Shown: in pieces, positions 1 through 10,205 of the stretch
How positions within the stretch are numbered: position 1 is the first letter of the stretch
How the letters are laid out: the number at the start of each line of letters is the position of its first letter
DNA from: Tubiluchus corallicola
Lineage: Eukaryota; Animalia; Priapulida
NCBI GenBank assembly: GCA_030141605.1
Contig: JAQGDQ010001565.1
Coordinates: 12,022 to 34,596, forward strand
Reading direction: 5' to 3'
DNA: 22,575 nucleotides
Notes under the pieces: model-generated
Told to the model about the DNA's origin: nothing
The model's database searches: none
The model's input: only the letters and a program-made list of their open reading frames with translations
Program-made: the position numbers and the translations under genes

Positions 1-8
1 TGTATTAC

Positions 9-191
9 CTGTGTATTATGTGGCAGGACGGCAATCTTTGGCACGGTTTCCGCATCTTTCCTGTTTCTCTTCAGCTTCACGTTTTCATTAACAGCATCCA
101 CTGGCCCCTCACCTATCGTATCTATGTCAGTTTCTAACGCCTTGTTCGTATACTGACCCGAGGGTTCAACTGGCACTGTATGGACGGGTTC
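9..191 (-). CDS. Internal coding exon (183 bp, phase 0/0) of an unidentified minus-strand gene: EPVHTVPVEPSGQYTNKALETDIDTIGEGPVDAVNENVKLKRNRKDAETVPKIAVLPHNTQ
   Basis: On the minus strand the acceptor is ccctgtgtttacag|GAA and the donor is CAG|gtaata. The exon is exactly 61 codons and open only in the phase-0 frame; the other two frames hit TAG or TGA. It is GC-richer than the adjacent intron and absent from the ORF track. Confidence 0.75.
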
Positions 192-235
192 CTGTAAACA
201 CAGGGGAACTTACTCAGAGCACATTTCATGTTTTC

Positions 236-452
236 TTCATAATTTTATAATAATAATAATAATAATCATCATTTTTAATAATTATTATGATATTTAATAA
301 TATCATAATAATTATTTTTCATAATTTTATACTAATAACAATAATAATAATAATAATAATAATTATTATTATTATTTTTAATAATTATTATGATATTTAA
401 TAATATCATAATAATTATTTTTCATAATTTTATACTAATAACAATAATAATG

Positions 453-535
<83 letters not shown>

Positions 536-684
536 CATTTTTAATAATTATTATGATATTTAATAATATCATAATTATTTTTCATAATTTTATACTAATA
601 ATAACAATAATAATAATAATAATTATTATTATTTTTAATAATTATTATGATATTTAATAATATCATTATAATTATTTTTCATAA
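236..684. repeat. Compound AT-rich minisatellite: 4 units, each a variable (AAT)n tract plus a ~40-bp hairpin
   Basis: aataattattatgatatt-taat-aatatcataataattatt (18-bp perfect arms) occurs at 277-316 and 380-419. Imperfect copies start at 543 and 637. The units are separated by (AAT)n of different lengths. Confidence 0.85.
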
Positions 685-1095
685 GTTTTGAAGATTAACC
701 TCACGTTACTATATTTTGTTTAATTTCTGCACCAGTTGCAGAAAAAAAACTTTTCCAACATTCAGCACTGATAAGAAACAGATTAGTAATGGCCTCCAAA
801 AGTTTATTATAACTTTTAATAAGGGAAAAATTAAAAATGCCACTTCCTCACACTTCGGTTGCCATTCGTTTTTTTCAGCATTAAACAGAGACATTTATAA
901 CAAAGCATGTGCATGGCTTATTATCGTAGTTCAGTAGAAGTACAGTCATTTTTCGTAATTATTTGTGGTGTGTTAGAGTAGCAGGCACATTGGTAAACTG
1001 CTTTTTTGTGTGATGCTCTTTTGTTTAAATACATTACAAGGTAAAATGTCTTGCACAGAAAAGGTAGTGGAGCAGAACTAACTCCTTGGTGGTTC

Positions 1096-1280
1096 AGGGT
1101 GGTTGACTTTGGTAATTTTTAGTTTTTCGCCACCCTTTCACCAATCACTTGAACACCATTAACACAGATAATTTATTCATTTAATAATCTTGTCACTTTG
1201 TATCATATTATCATATTATCGTTTCATGTTCTGTGTTTCTCTTGTAAAAAGGTGATTAATAAAGATACTTGCTTACTTGG
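1096..1280 (+). mobile_element. Probable LINE/SINE 3' end: conserved stem-loop, AT-rich spacer, AATAAA and (RCTT)n-like tail
   Basis: Stem agggtggt...gccaccct (1096-1136) is homologous to three other copies in the window. AATAAA lies at 1258-1263 and is followed by gatacttgcttacttgg. Confidence 0.55.
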
Positions 1281-4200
1281 CTAGACTTACTGATAAATCA
1301 ATTGATACTTGCTTACTTGGGTAGACTTACTGATAAATCAATTGATACTTGCTTACTTGGGTAGACTTACTGATAAATCAATTGATACTTGCTTACTTGG
1401 GTAGACTTACTGATAAATCAATTGATACTTTTTACTTGGCTAGACTTACTGATAAATCAATTGATACTTGCTTACTTGGGTAGACTTACTGATAAATCAA
1501 TTGATACTTTTTACTTGGCTAGACTTACTGATAAATCAATTGATACTTACTTACTTGGCTAGACTTACTGATAAATCAATTGATACTTTATTACTTGGCT
1601 AGACTTACTGAAACAATTGATACTTTATTACTTGGCTAGACTTACTGATAAATCAATTGATACTTTATTACTTGGCTAGACTTACTGATAAATCAATTGA
1701 TACTTTATTACTTGGCTAGACTTACTGATAAATCAATTGATACTTTATTACTTGGCTAGACTTACTGATAAATCAATTGATACTTGCTTACTTGGCTAGA
1801 CTTACTGATAAATCAATTGATACTTTTACTTGGCTAGACTAAAACAAACACCAACATGATAAATCAATTGATACTTTTACTTGGCTAGACTTACTGATAA
1901 TCAATTGATACTTTATTACTTGGCTAGACTTACTGATAAATCAATTGATACTTTATTACTTGGCTAGACTTACTGATAAATCAATTGATACTTTATTACT
2001 TGGCTAGACTTACTGATAAATCAATTGATACTTACTTACTTGGCTAGACTTACTGATAAATCATTTGATACTTTATTACTTGGCTAGACTTACTGACAAA
2101 TCAATTGATACTTTATTACTTGGCTAGACTTACTGATAAATCAATTGATACTTTATTACTTGGCTAGACTTACTGATAAATCAATTGATACTTTATTACT
2201 TGGCTAGACTTACTGATAAATCAATTGATACTTTATTACTTGGCTAGACTTACTGATAAATCAATTGATACTTTATTACTTGGCTAGACTTACTGATAAA
2301 TCAATTGATACTTTATTACTTGGCTAGACTTACTGATAAATCAATTGATACTTTATTACTTGGCTAGACTTACTGATAAATCAATTGATACTTGCTTACT
2401 TGGCTAGACTTACTGATAAATCAATTGATACTTTATTACTTGGCTAGACTTACTGATAAATCAATTGATACTTTATTACTTGGCTAGACTTACTGATAAA
2501 TCAATTGATACTTTATTACTTGGCTAGACTTACTGATAAATCAATTGATACTTTATTACTTGGCTAGACTTACTGATAAATCAATTGATACTTTATTACT
2601 TGGCTAGACTTACTGATAAATCAATTGATACTTTATTACTTGGCTAGACTTACTGATAAATCAATTGATACTTTATTACTTGGCTAGACTTACTGATAAA
2701 TCAATTGATACTTTATTACTTGGCTAGACTTACTGATAAATCAATGATACTTTATTACTTGGCTAGACTACTGATAAATCAATGATACTTTATTACTTGG
2801 CTAGACTCACTGATAAATCAACTGATACTTTATTACTTGGCTAGACTCACTGATAAATCAATTGATACTTTATTACTTGGCTAGACTCACTGATAAATCA
2901 ATTGATACTTTATTACTTGGCTAGACTCACTGATAAATCAACTGATACTTTATTACTTGGCTAGACTTACTGATAAATCAATTGATACTTTATTACTTGG
3001 CTAGACTTACTGATAAATCAATTGATACTTTATTACTTGGCTAGACTTACTGATAAATCAATTGATACTTTATTACTTGGCTAGACTTACTGATAAATCA
3101 ATTGATACTTTATTACTTGGGTAGACTTACTGATAAATCAATTGATACTTTTTACTTGGGTAGACTTACTGATAAATCAATTGATACTTTTTACTTGGCT
3201 AGACTTACTGATAAATCATTTGATACTTTATTACTTGGGTAGACTTACTGATAAATCAATTGATACTTTTTACTTGGCTAGACTTACTGATAAATCAATT
3301 GATACTTTATTACTTGGCTAGACTTACTGATAAATCAATTGATACTTGCTTACTTGGCTAGACTTACTGATAAATCAATTGATACTTGCTTACTTGGCTA
3401 GACTTACTGATAAATCAATTGATACTTTTTACTTGGCTAGACTTACTGATAAATCAATTGATACTTTTTACTTGGCTAGACTTACTGATAAATCAATTGA
3501 TACTTACTTACTTGGCTAGACTTACTGATAAATCATTTGATACTTTATTACTTGGCTAGACTTACTGACAAATCAATTGATACTTTATTACTTGGCTAGA
3601 CTTACTGATAAATCAACTGATACTTTATTACTTGGCTAGACTTACTGATAAATCAATTGATACTTGCTTACTTGGCTAGACTTACTGATAAATCAATTGA
3701 TACTTGCTTACTTGGCTAGACTTACTGATAAATCAATTGATACTTTTTACTTGGCTAGACTCACTGATAAATCAACTGATACTTTATTACTTGGCTAGAC
3801 TTACTGATAAATCAACTGATACTTTATTACTTGGGTAGACTTACTGATAAATCAATTGATACTTTTTACTTGGCTAGACTCACTGATAAATCAATTGATA
3901 CTTACTTACTTGGCTAGACTTACTGATAAATCATTTGATACTTTATTACTTGGCTAGACTTACTGACAAATCAATTGATACTTTATTACTTGGCTAGACT
4001 TACTGATAAATCATTTGATACTTTATTACTTGGCTAGACTTACTGACAAATCAATTGATACTTTATTACTTGGCTAGACTTACTGATAAATCAACTGATA
4101 CTTTATTACTTGGCTAGACTTACTGATAAATCAATTGATACTTGCTTACTTGGCTAGACTTACTGATAAATCAATTGATACTTGCTTACTTGGCTAGACT

Positions 4201-5377
4201 TACTGATAAATCAATTGATACTTTTTACTTGGCTAGACTTGCTGATAAATCAATTGATACTTTATTACTTGGCTAGACTTACTGATAAATCAATTGATAC
4301 TTTATTACCTGGCTAGACTTACTGATAAATCAATTCATACTTTATTACTTGGCTAGACTTACTGATAAATCAATTGATACTTTATTCCTTGGCTAGACTT
4401 ACTGATAAATCAACTGATACTTTATTACTTGGCTAGACTTACTGATAAATCAATTGATACTTTATTACTTGGCTAGACTTACTGATAAATCAATTGATAC
4501 TTTATTACTTGGCTAGACTTACTGATAAATCAACTGGTACTTTATTACTTGGCTAGACTTACTGATAAATCAACTGATACTTTATTACTTGGCTAGACTC
4601 ACTGATAAATCAACTGATACTTTATTACTTGGCTAGACTCACTGATAAATCAACTGATACTTTATTACTTGGCTAGACTCACTGATAAATCAATTGATAC
4701 TTTATTACTTGGCTAGACTCACTGATAAATCAACTGATACTTTATTACTTGGCTAGACTCACTGATAAATCAATTGATACTTTATTACTTGGCTAGACTC
4801 ACTGATAAATCAATTGATACTTTATTACTTGGCTAGACTTACTGATAGATCAATTGATACTTTATTACTTGGCTAGACTCACTGATAAATCAACTGATAC
4901 TTTATTACTTGGCTAGACTCACTGATAAATCAACTGATACTTTATTACTTGGCTAGACTCACTGATAAATCAACTGATACTTTATTACTTGGCTAGACTC
5001 AGTGATAAATCAACTGATACTTTATTACTTGGCTAGACTCACTGATAAATCAATTGATACTTGCTTACTTGGCTAGACTTACTGATAAATCAATTGATAC
5101 TTTATTACTTGGCTAGACTTACTGATAAATCAATTGATACTTTATTACTTGGCTAGACTTACTGATAGATCAATTGATACTTTATTACTTGGCTAGACTT
5201 ACTGATAGATCAATTGATACTTTATTACTTGGCTAGACTTACTGATAGATCAATTGATACTTTATTACTTGGCTAGACTTACTGATAGATCAATTGATAC
5301 TTTATTACTTGGCTAGACTTACTGATAGATCAATTGATACTTTATTACTTGGCTAGACTTACTGATAAATCAATTGA
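1264..5377. repeat. 40-bp tandem satellite, about 103 copies
   Basis: Consensus gatactttattacttggctagacttactgataaatcaatt repeats head-to-tail with point variants and small indels and no spacers. The palindrome atcaattgat spans unit junctions. Confidence 0.98.
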
Positions 5378-5561
5378 ATCCACTCACACTAAATGATTAA
5401 AAAGGCATGAGGTGCAGTTTAGCAATGCAGACAAAGCATCTTTGAAACTGGCACCCTTATCATATTATCTATATCAACCATTATGCACTGAATATATAAA
5501 AATTTGCTGTAAGTAATACAGCAAGACGATTCAAAATTAACAACAATACAGCATACTCAAC

Positions 5562-5665
5562 CTGACACTTTGGTTTTAGTACCGGGGAAGGTCTGGTGTC
5601 AATATCTGAGGCGTCGATGTAATCCAAATCAATACCTTCACCAAATGATGAATGGATATTCTCAT
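5562..5665 (-). CDS. Internal coding exon (104 bp, phase 1/0) of the minus-strand gene: (D)ENIHSSFGEGIDLDYIDASDIDTRPSPVLKPKCQ
   Basis: The acceptor is strong (ttttttctttcatgattttag|AT) and the donor is CAG|gttgag. The phases link exactly to 9048-8997 upstream and 191-9 downstream. It is the hydrophilic part of track ORF 5481..6131. Confidence 0.7.
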
Positions 5666-5760
5666 CTAAAATCATGAAAGAAAAAATAACTGAACAATAA
5701 TCGTGTGGACATGTTAATTTTTCATGCTGTTTGACACCTTTGCAGCTAGAATCAACACCA

Positions 5761-5994
5761 GGAATAATTAATGGTTGTGGCAGGACCAGGATGTAACTGA
5801 TCACCAAAGTTAATCCTCCATGACGAGATACTGAACTGGCATAGTTATTTGAGCCATGTTCGGAAGTGAATCCCTGGGGGATAATTAATGGTTGTGGCGG
5901 GACCAGGATGTAACTGATCACCAAAGTTAATCCTCTATGACGAGATACTGAACTGGCATAGTTATTTGAGCCATGTTCGGAAGTGAATCCCTGG
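5761..5994. repeat. 117-bp direct tandem duplication (2 copies)
   Basis: ataattaatggttgtggc...gtgaatccctgg occurs at 5764-5877 and 5881-5994 with 2 internal substitutions. Confidence 0.95.
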
Positions 5995-6392
5995 AGGTAA
6001 ACAGCCAGGATCAGCATGGCAAATGCAGACATGAAGAGTGAGTATTGAATAATGAGGTCAGGAAATAAAAACTGACCATCGACTGACCTCGGCATTACGT
6101 AACTATGGTCTTGAAGGGTAATAGTGACCATTATACTGTTGTGTGCATTGCATTTTTTATTATCTTAGCTCTCTATAAGCACTGGGTAACCTGCAGTTAA
6201 TACATTTGCCACAGCCTGGCATACACAGTCACGGTTGTTGCTATTTCTATTCCTTATTTCTATTTATTGTCGGTAGCACGCTAACTTATGGTCTGTTTTA
6301 GCAGATGTCAGTAGCATTTTAAGTGAAAGTCTCAGTAATAATTACTAACCTTAAATATTATTATCATTGCTGACACAATGAGAAATGACGTG

Positions 6393-6428
6393 GTGTTAAA
6401 AACTGCAGTTGTGTTAAAAACTGCAGTT
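6393..6428. repeat. 18-bp perfect tandem duplication
   Basis: gtgttaaaaactgcagtt occurs twice and contains the palindrome aactgcagtt. Confidence 0.85.
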
Positions 6429-6471
6429 AGGTGTGGCGTTGAAAACTTTTACACACGAAACAGATGCGCTC

Positions 6472-7588
6472 GTGCATGAGGTAGGGGTGAGTTCAAGGGG
6501 ATTGAACATTTCTATTATGAGTTTCAATACTTTTGCCACATTCTAATTATTCTTTTACTGTGCAAGAGGTAGGGCAAGTTCAAGGGGATTGAACATTTCT
6601 ATTATGAGTTTCAATACTTTTGCCGCATTCTAATTATTCTTTTACTGTGCAAGAGGTAGGGCAAGTTCAAGGGGATTGAACATTTCTATTATGAGTTTCA
6701 ATACTTTTGCCGCATTCTAATTATTCTTTTACTGTGCAAGAGGTAGGGCAAGTTCAAGGGGATTGAACATTTCTATTATGAGTTTCAATACTTTTGTCAC
6801 ATTCTAATTATTCTTTTACTGTGCATGAGGTAGGGCAAGTTCAAGGGGATTGAACATTTCTATTATGAGTTTCAATACTTTTGCCACCTTCTAATTATTC
6901 TTTTACTGTGCAAGAGGTAGGGCAAGTTCAAGGGGATTGAACATTTCTATTATGAGTTTCAATACTTTTGCCACATTCTAATTATTCTTTTACTGTGCAA
7001 GAGGTAGGGCAAGTTCAAGGGGATTGAACATTTCTATTATGAGTTTCAATACTTTTGCCACATTCTAATTATTCTTTTACTGTGCAAGAGGTAGGGCAAG
7101 TTCAAGGGGATTGAACATTTCTATTATGAGTTTCAATACTTTTGCCACATTCTAATTATTCTTTTACTGTGCAAGAGGTAGGGCAAGTTCAAGGGGATTG
7201 AACATTTCTATTATGAGTTTCAATACTTTTGCCACATTCTAATTATTCTTTTACTGTGCAAGAGGTAGGGCAAGTTCAAGGGGATTGAACATTTCTATTA
7301 TGAGTTTCAATACTTTTGCCACATTCTAATTATTCTTTTACTGTGCAAGAGGTAGGGCAAGTTCAAGGGGATTGAACATTTCTATTATGAGTTTCAATAC
7401 TTTTGCCACCTTCTAATTATTCTTTTACTGTGCAAGAGGTAGGGCAAGTTCAAGGGGATTGAACATTTCTATTATGAGTTTCAATACTTTTGCCACCTTC
7501 TAATTATTCTTTTACTGTGCAAGAGGTAGGGCAAGTTCAAGGGGATTGAACATTTCTATTATGAGTTTCAATACTTTTGCCACATTCT
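6472..7588. repeat. 87-bp minisatellite, about 12.8 copies
   Basis: Unit gaggtagggcaagttcaaggggattgaacatttctattatgagtttcaatacttttgccacattctaattattcttttactgtgcaa starts at 6478, 6566, 6653 ... 7523. Copies are near-identical and all six frames contain stops. Confidence 0.97.
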
Positions 7589-7773
7589 CCACACCAACAA
7601 ATATGCACAGGTGATAGCACAAGTTGTTGTAATAATTACGAGTTTTATATTTAGGCAAAATTCAAACTAAAAATGCAAGACGTATAGCAACTGGTAACAC
7701 TTGAGATGTTTTCACTCCAGAAGACCTTGCAAAACATTTGGAGAAACGTTTTCATGTCTTGTAGCAGATGCTT

Positions 7774-8305
7774 GTAGGGATGACGGAGAACCGAATGAAC
7801 TGGAGGTAACAGGGGTGACAAGAGAGGAGGTGAAATTAGCATTAAAAAAAATGAAAAATGGCAAATCTACGGCCCTAATCTATGGGCTGGAAGCAGGCAA
7901 GCAGCACCTCTAAAGAAGAACGAAGAGAAGAAAATGGATGTGGCGGAGATGAGGATGTTGAGATGGATGGTGGGAGTAACAAGAAGGGATAAAATCAGGA
8001 ATAGTAATATTAGAGGAACAGTGAAAGTAGTGGAAGCTTCGAAAACGATACAAGAGGCAAGATTGCGATGGTATGGGCACCTGAAAAGAAGAGTCGGGGA
8101 AGATCATGTGGGAAGGGAGGTCATGGAAATGGAAGTGCTGGGAAATAGAAGAAGCGGACGACCCGAGCTGAGATGGTTTGAATGTATTAATGGAGACCTT
8201 AGAGAGAAGAACATAAACGAAGAGATGGTCAACAACAGGAATGCGTGGAGAAGACTCATTCACAACGGCGACCCTGCATAGGGAAAAGCTGGGAAGAAGA
8301 AGAAG

Positions 8306-8334
<29 letters not shown>
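7774..8334 (+). mobile_element. Non-autonomous RTE-clade LINE copy, 5'-truncated and internally deleted, with (GAA)14 tail and 13-bp TSD
   Basis: The TSD gtagcagatgctt lies at 7761-7773 and 8335-8347. The RTE C-terminal motif AEMRMLRWMVGVTRRDKIRN...RLRWYGHLKRR...GRPELRW is encoded at 7934-8281. The pre-RT motif EEVKLALKKMKNGKS lies upstream, and (GAA)n spans 8293-8334. Confidence 0.92.
7934..8281 (+). pseudogene. C-terminal remnant of RTE LINE endonuclease/reverse-transcriptase ORF
   Basis: The 115-aa track ORF carries the RTE-type C-terminal signature. The RT catalytic core is absent, and an 8-bp insertion (gcaagcag) just upstream causes a frameshift. Confidence 0.85.
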
Positions 8335-8337
<3 letters not shown>

Positions 8338-8655
8338 GCAGATGCTTTCATAACATTTCCAATCAACAGGGTCATAAGAGAAAAGTGCAAACGTTATCCT
8401 TAGTAGAGTAATAGCAAAGTGTTTTTATCATTTCATAACAATTTTCACCTGTATTTCACATAAAATCTAAATGCAATTTTTACTTCAATCAAGATTGAGC
8501 TTATTTTGTTGCCCGCTAATTAAACTACATGTATATTCTTTTCTTTGGATTACATAGAAAATGTCATAATTTTAAAAATTGCCAATGTTTCCTAAATTAA
8601 ACTGATAAAATTAATGCCCACCAGTGTCTAAAAAATCTTTTGATCTATATTCGGT

Positions 8656-8822
8656 AAAGGATATCAGACTAGGTGACTTTATAGTCTTTTCGCTATCCTT
8701 TCTCTAGTTCTAGATCTATCTATACATTTTAACCATTTTTCAAAACTTATTAGAGATTCTTTTATTAACCATGTTTTATTGTAACACTATAAAGAGATAA
8801 GTAAATTGAAATTGAATTGAAT
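8656..8822 (+). mobile_element. Probable LINE/SINE 3' end: conserved stem-loop plus (ATTGA)n tail
   Basis: aaaggatatc-agactaggtgactttatagtcttttc-gctatccttt lies at 8656-8701, and aattgaaattgaattgaa at about 8804-8821. Confidence 0.55.
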
Positions 8823-8996
8823 AGAGTAATTTACCAAATTGCCAGCCCAGCAGTGCCTCAAAGTGAAGAATGTAGACCCAAAAAAAGTTACTGAAATGCC
8901 ACCTGTTGACCATTTTATGTAACTTACTTCCCCTTTTCTAATTTATATCCCCTCTAACTTTACTACTTTGTTGATTTAGCAGATCTGTATACATAC

Positions 8997-9048
8997 CATC
9001 CACAAGACCTTCTTTGGATATCGACTTCTGGTTTACTATATTCGACAT
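8997..9048 (-). CDS. Probable first coding exon of the minus-strand gene: MSNIVNQKSISKEGLVD(D)
   Basis: The ATG at 9048 has A at -3 and an in-frame TGA 8 codons upstream. It gives 17 codons + 1 nt before the donor G|gtatgt (phase 1, matching exon 5665-5562). A possible acceptor tttcgttaacag| at 9143/9142 would make the full exon 146 bp. Confidence 0.55.
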
Positions 9049-9231
9049 ATTGCTGCACGGGTACACACCTCAGCAGCTGAATTTCATATCATATCCAGCA
9101 GGTTCATCATTTCATTCTGCCTGTGCATTTATCCGTCACATCCTGTTAACGAAACCGTGCATGAAATAAGTGAATTTCACCGACCGACATTAAACAAAAT
9201 TGCTCACAACAACAGCCACGTACAAGCTAAG

Positions 9232-9510
9232 TTTAGATTTAGATTTAGATTTAATATTTTATTTCAAACTTCACAAAGTTCATATACACATCACAAATTA
9301 ATACAAACAATACAATAAATCATGAAACACAACAGTAACACAAATAACAATTAACGATATAACAAACTACGCCAATGACGTCTAATTACAGAAGTAAAGT
9401 TTGCATCACTGTTTAAAATGTTCTTGCATATAAAATTTTCACTCTTATTCAGCCTGACGTATAAACTGTATGCACATTTTCTGTGAATAACATCAAAATA
9501 AATAAGATTA
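9232..9510 (-). mobile_element. 3' fragment of a non-LTR retrotransposon (ORF2 C-terminus, 3' UTR, AATAAA, (TCTAAA)n tail)
   Basis: Peptide FDVIHRKCAYSLYVRLNKSENFICKNIL...SVIRRHWRSLLYR* resembles LINE ORF2 C-termini of the F..R....RL..S.N...W..LY type. This is recognised from memory and the clade is uncertain, possibly RTEX. Minus-strand AATAAA at 9263-9258 is followed by a hexamer tail at 9253-9232. Confidence 0.6.
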
Positions 9511-10065
9511 AGTCTAGTAGAAAGTACGGCAACACTGACCCAGTGCAGCACATGACAGATAATGACATCAGAGACAGGAGAGTAAAGCTGTTACACACCA
9601 GCCTGTACAGGTTAGCTATTAGTGTGACACATTTTTTACTGTTTGTCAAAATAATGAGGCAACGCCTGCAGGGCAGGAATGGGGTGCTCATTGCATAGTG
9701 ATTATGCCAGGCCCCTGGATGGCATTTTTACAAGCATCAGATGGTGTTCTCACTAAAAACTGAGTAGTGAGCATATGGAGGAAGAGATTTCTAAGCACAC
9801 TACAAAAAAAACTCGTAGAAAACATATATAAGCGAGAAAGTACTGATAGATTTTACATGTTAGGAGACAAACAGTGAAAAAACGAACCAATGAAAAAACT
9901 TTTGCATCAAAATACTTGAACCTGGGATCTTTTGGTTGTGCAAAAAAATCATAAAATGGACATGATGACTAATTAGCGCTAAATTATTAAGTAATTACTT
10001 CAGAAACTAATTTAGCCTAATAAAACATCATTGCAGAGTTCACTGACATATTTAAAATTAAATTC

Positions 10066-10205
10066 AAATCAAATCAAATCAAATCAAATCAAATCATTCA
10101 TTTTTTATCCCAATAACAATACAAAGAAAAATAGGTATAAATAAAAAAAAACCAAACAAATGGGAAGGGGTAGCGAAAAACATTTGTTATCGAATCAGCC
10201 ACCCC
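10066..10205 (-). mobile_element. Probable LINE/SINE 3' end: conserved stem-loop plus (GATTT)6 tail
   Basis: The minus strand reads ggggtggc-tgattcgataacaaatgtttttc-gctacccc (10205-10167). (AAATC)6 lies at 10066-10095 on the plus strand. Confidence 0.55.

Noticed and set aside
709-937. Short overlapping ORFs of 61 and 73 aa
   Set aside because: They have no domain or splice support and are expected by chance in AT-rich intron.
1264-5377. CRISPR array (40-bp period with internal palindrome)
   Set aside because: Units are contiguous and near-identical, with no unique spacers and no cas genes, and the context is eukaryotic.
5481-6131. 216-aa ORF as a single-exon membrane protein
   Set aside because: Its length is inflated by the 117-bp duplication. 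The hydrophobic parts correspond to T-rich intron sequence around the 104-bp exon.
6472-7588. CRISPR-like repeat (GTTTCAAT and ATTGAAC motifs, small hairpin) or 29-aa coding repeat
   Set aside because: The would-be spacers are identical between units, and all six frames contain stops.
7651-8263. Minus-strand ORFs 7651..7842 and 7910..8263
   Set aside because: They are antisense shadows of the RTE fragment.
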